The position numbers and the translations under genes are program-made. A stretch of DNA of 58,732 nt from an uncultured bacterium (GTDB taxonomy: Bacteria; Abyssobacteria; SURF-5), in assembly GCA_964607485.1 (NCBI GenBank), contig CAZSKP010000017.1, positions 1 to 58,732 on the forward strand. Reading direction: 5' to 3'. Shown piece after piece: positions 51,929-58,732 of this stretch. Every line of letters begins with the position of its first letter. The first letter of the stretch is position 1. The notes beneath the pieces are model-generated. The model was not told the origin of the DNA, did no database searches, and saw only the letters and a list, made by a program, of their open reading frames with translations.

Positions 51929-52903
51929 ATGCAGAAGATTGATCTCAAGACCCTGACGGATGAAACATTTGTAGAGCTTTGTCATGCTCTTTTGTCCAAA
52001 GAACATGGAGAAACATACAGACCAGTGGATGGCAGCGGAGGAGATCGAGGGATAGACGGTTATACACAAGACTACTTTGTTGTTTATCAAATCAAATTTT
52101 ACAAATCCCGCCCACGGCCAGCAACTTTTGTAAGGGAAATCGATAAGGTTGTCTCGCTGTCGGGGTTAAGGACTTGGGTATTGGTGATACCCGATGATCC
52201 GACTCCGAAACTCAATGAATTAATCGCTAGGGAAAAGGCGATTCGGCAATTTGATGTTCAAGTTGTGGGAAAAACTTGGATTTTAACTCTTCTGGATAAG
52301 CATGAATCTGTTCGCAATCGGTTCTTCGCCCAATCGGCCAAAGAGGAGAGTGTGCAAAACATATTGGATTTTACCAAGTTCAGGGCAAGGAAATCTACAC
52401 AAGAACATAAAGACATTCGCAGGGAAATAAGAAACCTGAAGCAGACAGTAGAACGTAAAAAGCCTTCCCCGATTTCAGTAGGAAGACCACCAGACTGCAT
52501 AACGCCTCAGCACGAGAGAGAAATTAAGGATGAGATCCGAAAAATTGTGGAAGCTAACAAAGGAGAGTCCTTTAAGAAAATTTTCCGCCAGTTGAAGAAT
52601 CGCTATGTGGTAGCTAACTGGCACTTAATACCGGATCAGAACTTTGGCGACATCCTGAGCTGGTTACACAGATATCATCATGCAGTTAAGGACACGGTAA
52701 CTCCTGAAAAAAAGAAGAATCAACTCAAAGGCATAATTAAATCTCAGCAGAAGGCCTTGGGTCTTTCTGACAAACAATACCGAGCGCTGCTTATGAATTT
52801 AGTCAATAAATCTTCAACCACACAAATGGATATCAAGGAACTCGACAAGGTAAAGGACCACCTAAACATCATGTTAGGATCTTCCGATGGAAAGAGTGAT
52901 TAG
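51929..52903 (+). CDS. PD-(D/E)xK (Mrr-like) nuclease fused to ORF6C-like and GemA/DUF1018-like helical domains
   Basis: FVELCHALL...GGDRGIDGY...YQIKF; ITPQHEREIKDEI...IFRQLKNRYVVANWHLIPDQNFGDILSWL; QKALGLSDKQYRALL...KSSTTQMDIKELDKVKDHL. Confidence 0.68.
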   Translation: MQKIDLKTLTDETFVELCHALLSKEHGETYRPVDGSGGDRGIDGYTQDYFVVYQIKFYKSRPRPATFVREIDKVVSLSGLRTWVLVIPDDPTPKLNELIAREKAIRQFDVQVVGKTWILTLLDKHESVRNRFFAQSAKEESVQNILDFTKFRARKSTQEHKDIRREIRNLKQTVERKKPSPISVGRPPDCITPQHEREIKDEIRKIVEANKGESFKKIFRQLKNRYVVANWHLIPDQNFGDILSWLHRYHHAVKDTVTPEKKKNQLKGIIKSQQKALGLSDKQYRALLMNLVNKSSTTQMDIKELDKVKDHLNIMLGSSDGKSD

Positions 52904-53117
52904 GAAGAGAATTGGGGAATTCCATGAACAGGACACTGAATTCTCTCACTATCGTCCGTCAAGAGGAAGTATGACCTTTGAACGGATTTCGCACCTTTCT
53001 CTTTCGCTGGCAAAGTCCACCTTCCGTTTTCAACTCTTCACGGGGTTTTCATTGCTTCTGGCCGAGTTTAAGTGCAGTTCGCTATCCAAGGCTTCTTGAC
53101 AAGTCTTTCTCATGCTT

Positions 53118-55253
53118 TCATTTCTCCAGGAGGCGGGCGGGCTCATGCCAGTCGCAGTAGCTCCTGTCGTGGGTGAGCAGGACGATTTGATGCGACTCCG
53201 AGAGCGCCTCGAGCGCGCGCAGCGTGGCCCGAAGCCTGCTCTCGTCGAAGTTCACGAACGGGTCGTCCAGAAGAATCGGCAGCCGAATGTCGCCGCAGAC
53301 CTCCTCGATGGCGGCGAGCCTGAGCGCGAAGTGGAGTTGGTCGCTGACGCCCGTGCTCAGTTGTTCCGTCGTAAAGTGTTGTCCCGCTCTCTCGACCGCG
53401 AGCGGCACCAGCTCTTTGTTAAGCCGGACGCGGCACTCTGCGCCCGTTATGCGTGTCAGGTAATCCGAAGTTCTTTCCTCGATGCGCGCCAGGTGAGATG
53501 AGCCGAAGTCGGTGATGGCCTCCTCCAACACCTTGACCGCCATCACATACGCATCTCTGCTGAGTTTCAACTTATCCAGCTCGGCATCGGCCTCGGCGAT
53601 TTCTTCCTCCAGTGTCTCCTCAGAGACGGTTTCCCTCGCTTCCGCCGTCGCGACCTTGAGTCTGAGGTCGCTTTTTTCGTCGTTCAGCTCTTGAAGCTGT
53701 TTCTCGAATGACTGTATTTTGGCTCTGGCATCTTCGACCGCTTTCCCGACTTCGCCGCGCTGCTCGACATCACGGAGAGTCGGACGCTGGGCTCTGAGGT
53801 CCTCCAGCTTTTTGTTCGCAAGCAAGAGGTCGTTGGCGAGGGAGTCATACTTCGACTTGATAGTTTCGATGTTTGGACGATGTTTAAGCGCCTCCTCTTT
53901 TTTCCCCATCTCATTATGCAGGTGTTTGAACTTACGGAAGCCCTCAAATACGTCGTCCAAGTTGCTCCGGCTCAGTGCGGGATAACGCCCCTCAATCTCG
54001 GCCGTCCGCCTTTTCAGTGAGTCGAGCTGATTCCGGATTTCACCCAGCTTCCCTTCGCGAGTCGATTTGCGCGAGCGCAGAGCGAGAAATGCTGAGCCGA
54101 CAGACATTGCTGCGACTCCGAAGCCCGCCAGAATTACCGTGACCTTCATGACTCCGTCTAAAAATAGTGCTCCAACAGCGGCGAGAGAAAGACCTATAAC
54201 GATGGCGACAACCGCAAGTGGCGAGAGCCTGAACCGGGGGATGACTTGTTCCGCCTGCCGGTATCTCTCCTCCATTTCATTTACGCTTTCTCTGAGCTGT
54301 CGCAGGTTTGCCAGTTCCGCCTCGGCCTCCGGCGGCAGCGAGGAATATTCCGAGAGTTCTTTCTGTATTCTTTCATCGCATTCTTTCAACTCTTGCATGA
54401 GCTTTTCGATCTCGCGCATCTCGCCGCGACACTCGTTGAGCTGTCCCTCGAGGCGGTTCTTTTCCGCCAGCGCCGTTGAGAACGACGCCAGCTCTTTCTC
54501 CCACGCGCGACGGTCTGCGAGGGATTGCGTGATTTCCAACGACTGCGACTCCACCGCGGCCAGGCGAGTCCTCGATTTCTCAATGACGTCGCCGGCCTCG
54601 CGCAGGTCGGAAAGGGCGCGTCTTTTTTCCTGGAGCTCGGAATGGAGACGCTCGATTCGGCGCGGCTTTCTTCTTGTGGCTTTTGCCCACGGCACCTCCA
54701 TGGTCAGCTCATCACAGGCGTCCGTGAGGTTCTTGAGGGCTACCGTATAATCGGCCGAGGCGCTGCCGCTGACGATGCGGCTGACGACGCTTTCAATCTC
54801 AGCGGGCAGGCTGTTCTGTTCGACGAAGACGGAGTTGTAGAAAAGCTCGCGGCTTTCGAGGCCGAGCAGTGTTCCCATCAATCTGTCGTAGGCTTCTTTT
54901 TCGTTGGTCCGGCCGCCCGGCTTGGCGCTCCCGTCGAAGAGGACGCGCGCGGTTTCGCCGAGTTGTTCCACTTTTGTATGGTTGGACGCGAACTCGCGGG
55001 TGAACCTGTAGCGGTCGCCGCTTGTCTCGATTTCGAGGCTTCCCGAACGCGGGCCGGCCGAGTCGTACGGCGCGAAGCGGTCCCTCTCTTTCTCGCTTCC
55101 CAGGCCGAACAGGATTGCGCCGATGGCTGCGACGAGAGTGGATTTGCCGGTCTCGTTGTCGCCGACGATGAGCGCGATGCCGCCGGGGAGTTCCAGCTCA
55201 AACCGGCCGTCGAACAGGCCGAAGCCGTCAATCAGGAGTCTGCTGATTCTCAT
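53118..55253 (-). CDS. Rad50/SbcC-like SMC ATPase (YhaN/AAA_27 type) with central TM hairpin
   Basis: Walker A GDNETGKST, Q-loop FVEQ, long coiled coil, signature LSTG, Walker B/D-loop LLDDPFVNFD, H-loop LLTH. Confidence 0.85.
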   Translation of the reverse strand: MRISRLLIDGFGLFDGRFELELPGGIALIVGDNETGKSTLVAAIGAILFGLGSEKERDRFAPYDSAGPRSGSLEIETSGDRYRFTREFASNHTKVEQLGETARVLFDGSAKPGGRTNEKEAYDRLMGTLLGLESRELFYNSVFVEQNSLPAEIESVVSRIVSGSASADYTVALKNLTDACDELTMEVPWAKATRRKPRRIERLHSELQEKRRALSDLREAGDVIEKSRTRLAAVESQSLEITQSLADRRAWEKELASFSTALAEKNRLEGQLNECRGEMREIEKLMQELKECDERIQKELSEYSSLPPEAEAELANLRQLRESVNEMEERYRQAEQVIPRFRLSPLAVVAIVIGLSLAAVGALFLDGVMKVTVILAGFGVAAMSVGSAFLALRSRKSTREGKLGEIRNQLDSLKRRTAEIEGRYPALSRSNLDDVFEGFRKFKHLHNEMGKKEEALKHRPNIETIKSKYDSLANDLLLANKKLEDLRAQRPTLRDVEQRGEVGKAVEDARAKIQSFEKQLQELNDEKSDLRLKVATAEARETVSEETLEEEIAEADAELDKLKLSRDAYVMAVKVLEEAITDFGSSHLARIEERTSDYLTRITGAECRVRLNKELVPLAVERAGQHFTTEQLSTGVSDQLHFALRLAAIEEVCGDIRLPILLDDPFVNFDESRLRATLRALEALSESHQIVLLTHDRSYCDWHEPARLLEK

Positions 55254-56364
55254 TGCCTATCCGCGTGAATTGTTCGATGCCGAGCCGAAGCGCGAGCTTC
55301 GCCTTCGTCCGTTCTTCGTCTGAAGCCCGCTCGATTCTCTCCAGCATCTTGCGCACGAAGATGCCGCGCACGGTGTTTTCGGTTTTGACGGAGCGAATCA
55401 TCTCGCTGTCGTACATGCTGGTTTCGTCGGCTATCTCGAGGTGGAAGAAGCGGTCGGCCAGCCGGGCCTCGACCCCTTGGCACGATGGAATAAAATTCGC
55501 CGGGCCCGACAGGTGAACTCTCACAATCGCGTCCGGGTCCGCGTGTTTCTCGATGGCCGCCGAAAGCTCGTCGTCGCATCCGATGCCCGCCAGCGCAGGC
55601 TCGATTTGTATCTCGGACAGGGTTCTGCGGTTGTGCTTCACCTTTTCGATGGCCGCCCGGTTTTCGTCTATTTCCGCGATGACCAGATAGCGGTCGCCGT
55701 TTTCGCCGAACTTCAGGCCCTCGAGCGTTCCGGGATACACGGCGGGCACGTCGCGACCCACCTCTCTAAAATTGTGATGATGGCCGAGCGCGACATAGTC
55801 GAATCCCGACGCCTCCAGTTCAGCGGGACGCAGCGAGTAATCCCTCGGACTTGCCACCCAATGCGTCCCGTCGGTCACCGAACCGTGAACGAGCGCAACG
55901 TGCAGGCCCTCGCCGTCGCCGCGACGGAATGGGGGCTCGCCCCGGCCGCTCGCGTATCCGCCGGAGAATCCGTAGAAATGCACGTCCTGGCCGTTCAGGT
56001 TCTTGCGAATCGGCTTTGCGTCGTCGAGGAGGATGTCCACGCCCGGCAACTGCTCGCGCCGATAGACGGATTGCGCGTAGCGGTGGCTGTCGTGCGTGCC
56101 CGGTATAAGGATGATGTGGATGCCGTTTCGCGCGGCTTCGTCAAATGCGGCCTTCACTCGCGCCACAAGGTCGGGCGGGGGATTGAACGAGTCGAACAGG
56201 TCACCGGCAATAACGATCGCGTGCACGTTCTTCTCGGGAGCCAGCTTCAAAGCGCGCGCAAGGGCCGATTCCAGGTCCTGCGCCCTTTGCCTGGCCTTGT
56301 CGCCCAAATATGAAAACGGTGCGCCAAGATGCAGGTCGGCCAGGTGCATGAGACGTATGCTCAT
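55228..56364 (-). CDS. Mre11/SbcD-like DNA repair nuclease (YhaO type)
   Basis: HLADLHLG, AGDLFD, PGTHD, HG, ALGHHH, YPGTLEG; overlaps the partner ATPase start. Confidence 0.85.
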   Translation of the reverse strand: MSIRLMHLADLHLGAPFSYLGDKARQRAQDLESALARALKLAPEKNVHAIVIAGDLFDSFNPPPDLVARVKAAFDEAARNGIHIILIPGTHDSHRYAQSVYRREQLPGVDILLDDAKPIRKNLNGQDVHFYGFSGGYASGRGEPPFRRGDGEGLHVALVHGSVTDGTHWVASPRDYSLRPAELEASGFDYVALGHHHNFREVGRDVPAVYPGTLEGLKFGENGDRYLVIAEIDENRAAIEKVKHNRRTLSEIQIEPALAGIGCDDELSAAIEKHADPDAIVRVHLSGPANFIPSCQGVEARLADRFFHLEIADETSMYDSEMIRSVKTENTVRGIFVRKMLERIERASDEERTKAKLALRLGIEQFTRIGNENQQTPD

Positions 56365-56388
56365 TCTTTGCTCCGCGTCTTTTTTGTT

Positions 56389-56482
56389 CTTCTTTTTCTC
56401 TCTTTGCGGAACGAGAGAAAAAGAAGCAGAAAGAGAGAAACGATTCGGTTATGTGAATCCGCCCGGCGGCTTCACATAACCG
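56389..56482. repeat. Two adjacent hairpins
   Basis: CTTCTTTTTCTCTC/GAGAGAAAAAGAAG (14 bp, 56389-56426) and CGGTTATGTGAA/TTCACATAACCG (12 bp, 56446-56482). Confidence 0.75.
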
Positions 56483-56517
56483 TCCCTCCGAAAGTCCCCG
56501 GATCTCCGGATTACGCG

Positions 56518-56991
56518 TTATGTTTGCGGGCTGACTCGGACGGCGACGATTTCGCCCCGGACGCATTCCTCGCCATCGGCCGAGAGGACGGTCTCGACGA
56601 CCATGCTCCGGTTTCCCTTCTTGACGACTTTCGAGCGAAGCTCGATCGTGGTGTCCACGGGGGTTCTCTTCAGATAGGTCACCGTCAGCTTCGCCGTCGC
56701 GTAGTCGATCGGCTCGCCTTCGCCCATTTCGCGGCCTTCCAGCTTGTAGGCGGTCGCTATCGCGGTGTAACAACTGTGGCAGTCGATGAGCATCGCGGCG
56801 ATGCCGCCGTTGAGCGAGTCGGGCGGGCCGGAGGAATGGAAGGGCCGGGGCTTCCATCGGCAGACGGCTCCGTCGCCTTCCCAATAGCTCTTGATGTTGA
56901 GCCCGTGCTCATTGTCGGCGCCGCATCCGAAGCAGAGCCGTCTCGACGAGCCGGCCGGCACGAGGTCTTGAAACGCTTTCTTTTCGGTCAT
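56518..56991 (-). CDS. PaaI/hotdog-fold thioesterase
   Basis: CFGCGADNEHGL, LNGGIAAMLIDCH, ATAKLTVTYLKRTP; SD GAGGAG. Confidence 0.85.
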   Translation of the reverse strand: MTEKKAFQDLVPAGSSRRLCFGCGADNEHGLNIKSYWEGDGAVCRWKPRPFHSSGPPDSLNGGIAAMLIDCHSCYTAIATAYKLEGREMGEGEPIDYATAKLTVTYLKRTPVDTTIELRSKVVKKGNRSMVVETVLSADGEECVRGEIVAVRVSPQT

Positions 56992-57024
56992 CTGTTATAG
57001 CGGACTCCTCTCCGTGAGTCAGGC

Positions 57025-57597
57025 TCACCTGCGGTAGAGGCCCATCAGTTGGCCTTCGGCAAGAATGTGTCCGTCGATCGCTTGCATGACGTCGGCCTTC
57101 GTGGCGCCCACGCTCAGCATCGGCTCTGTGTCCACGGCGTAGAGTTTGAAGAAATAGCGGTGTGCGGGGCCGGGCGGCGGACATGGGCCGCCATAGCCGA
57201 GGTTGCCGAAGTCGTTGCGTCCCTGTTTGGCTCCTCCGAGGACCTCGCCATCGGGCGGGACGCCCTCGGGCAGCTCGACGGTGTCGGGCGACAGCCCGAA
57301 CAGCACCCAATGCACCCACGTTCCCACGGGCGCGTCGGGGTCGTCGCAGATGAGCACAAGACTCTTCGTTCCGCTGGGGGGCGGCGACCATGAGAGGGCG
57401 GGGGACACGTCCTCTCCTTCGCACGTGTGCTTCTTCGGAATCGTTGCGCCTTCTTCGAACGCGCTGCTCTGGATTTTCATTGTTCCGATACCTCCTTCCA
57501 TCTCTTCAGCGGATGAAACGACGGCATTCGTACTCGCGTAGGAACACAGAAGCAAGACCAACGACGAGCACGCGATCTTGAGCATTCGCCACTTCAT
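57025..57597 (-). CDS. YbhB/YbcL (PEBP/Raf kinase inhibitor-like) protein with signal peptide
   Basis: SPALSW, DDPDAP, WVHWV, NDFG..GYGGPCPP, HRYFFKLYA; alternative internal start MKIQSSAF. Confidence 0.9.
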   Translation of the reverse strand: MKWRMLKIACSSLVLLLCSYASTNAVVSSAEEMEGGIGTMKIQSSAFEEGATIPKKHTCEGEDVSPALSWSPPPSGTKSLVLICDDPDAPVGTWVHWVLFGLSPDTVELPEGVPPDGEVLGGAKQGRNDFGNLGYGGPCPPPGPAHRYFFKLYAVDTEPMLSVGATKADVMQAIDGHILAEGQLMGLYRR

Positions 57598-57709
57598 GAT
57601 TCATCCTCCGCTTTGACCGTCGGCTTTCACAGCCCTTATCTATGAATATAATTCTAACTCGCCCGGCTGACAACTGCAAAGGGGGGCTTTGCCCATCCCG
57701 CGAAAGCTC

Positions 57710-58732
57710 TCAGAAGGTGTATTCCATCGAGGAAATGAACCGGAGGTCGTTCTTCTTTACGCCTTCGCTTTCCGGGTCGCTGTCGTATTCGTCTATCAGG
57801 CTCAGCTTTATCGCCCAATGGTCGCTCAGGGGCGTGGTGACTGTGCTTTCCGAGCGCAGCCTGTAGTCGCCGAAGTTGCCCAAACTCGGGTACAGGGTCA
57901 ACGCTTGGTAGAATTCCGTGTGTTCGAAGAGTCTCTGTTTCCATTCCGAGTTGAGCCATGCGCTGGCTTCGAGAGTCTCTTCGTCGTCGCCGTCGTCGAA
58001 GAACTCGCCCGTGAGCCCTGCTCCGACCTCGCCCAGCAGGTGGGTTCGTTCTTTATCGATGAAGTTGTATCCCACGCCGCCGAACCCCTGCGCTCGCAGG
58101 TCGAGATTTTCCATTTCGTCGTATTCCATATTCGTCACGCCGAACAGGTAGCGGCGTTCGGTCTGGAAGACTTTCAGCTTGGACTCACCGAAAACGTTGT
58201 TCGTATCGGTCTCGCCGTCGGTTTCTCCGTAGTCCGCGTAGAACCTGAGGCGCAGCTCCTCGCAGGGCGCTTTTCTGGTTGCCTTCGCATCGACGCGGAC
58301 GTCGGTGGTGTCGCTGTTGCCCCGCTCAAGCTGAGCGCCCACGGCGAACGAGCCGCTCCAGAGCTTTGAGACAGAGGTAAGCTCTTCAAGTTCCTCTTCC
58401 TTTTGCGCGAGTTCTTCTTGAGCCTCTCTCAGCTCCGCTTCGGCCCGCTCTAATTCTGCATGCTCGGCCTGGGCGATTTCTGTACTCTGAAAACTCTCGA
58501 AGAGTTTCCGCGCCACTTCTGCATCGCCGAACACTTCGGATGTGACGATTATTCTGTCCCCCGAGATAGAACCAATCCGGCCCGTTATGATGTCTCCATT
58601 TTTTAAGGAGATGCGACCGGGCTCGTCGATTCTCAGGTCGGCCACCCTGGCAAAATCGATGCGTATCTCGCCCGCGTAATCGGTCACAATGCGAAGTTGG
58701 CCATCGGCGATCTCTAGTATCTCTCCACTGAT
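57710..58732 (-). CDS. DUF481/YdiY-like outer-membrane beta-barrel protein (5' end outside window)
   Basis: Frame open to window edge; LKNGDIITG N-domain, WSGS...RGNSDT, alternating beta-strand pattern, C-terminal YTF. Confidence 0.72.
   Translation of the reverse strand: MSGEILEIADGQLRIVTDYAGEIRIDFARVADLRIDEPGRISLKNGDIITGRIGSISGDRIIVTSEVFGDAEVARKLFESFQSTEIAQAEHAELERAEAELREAQEELAQKEEELEELTSVSKLWSGSFAVGAQLERGNSDTTDVRVDAKATRKAPCEELRLRFYADYGETDGETDTNNVFGESKLKVFQTERRYLFGVTNMEYDEMENLDLRAQGFGGVGYNFIDKERTHLLGEVGAGLTGEFFDDGDDEETLEASAWLNSEWKQRLFEHTEFYQALTLYPSLGNFGDYRLRSESTVTTPLSDHWAIKLSLIDEYDSDPESEGVKKNDLRFISSMEYTF

Noticed and set aside
50860-52950. Prophage remnant or classical restriction-modification system
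   Set aside because: No integrase, structural phage gene or DNA methyltransferase is present.
52887-53160. Short ORFs after the nuclease gene as a third island component
   Set aside because: 60-70 aa, no SD or motifs, overlapping neighbouring genes.
51171-56364. Single four-gene system joining the island with the Mre11/Rad50-like pair
   Set aside because: Opposite strands, convergent, and clearly different base composition; only adjacency supports it.

Overview
GC-rich bacterial chromosomal segment (diderm, likely anaerobe/facultative), mostly housekeeping. In order: an aldo/keto reductase, PduO-type cobalamin adenosyltransferase, 2-oxoacid dehydrogenase E1a/E1b/E2, the CIRCE-controlled hrcA-grpE-dnaK-dnaJ-rsmE-mtaB-HIT operon, NIF3-like-dnaG-rpoD, class II ribonucleotide reductase with an NrdR box, a fur-feoB-small Cys protein-DtxR iron operon, apbE, glnE-lpxH, an 8-gene nucleotide-sugar cluster, and a minus-strand Mre11/Rad50-like (YhaO/YhaN-type) pair. 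I found no rRNA, tRNA, CRISPR array or transposase. Best candidates for new biology: (1) an AT-rich two-gene island at about 50.9-52.95 kb encoding a HEPN (AbiU2-like) RNase plus a PD-(D/E)xK nuclease fused to phage-like ORF6C- and GemA-like modules, a putative undescribed anti-phage system; (2) a c-di-GMP-binding MshEN domain fused to a FlhG/FleN/MinD ATPase behind a sigma54 promoter; (3) a perfect REP palindrome translated in frame inside mtaB; (4) a probable ATT-initiated, Lys-rich N-terminal extension of RpoD. All family calls are from motifs read by eye; no database searches were run.
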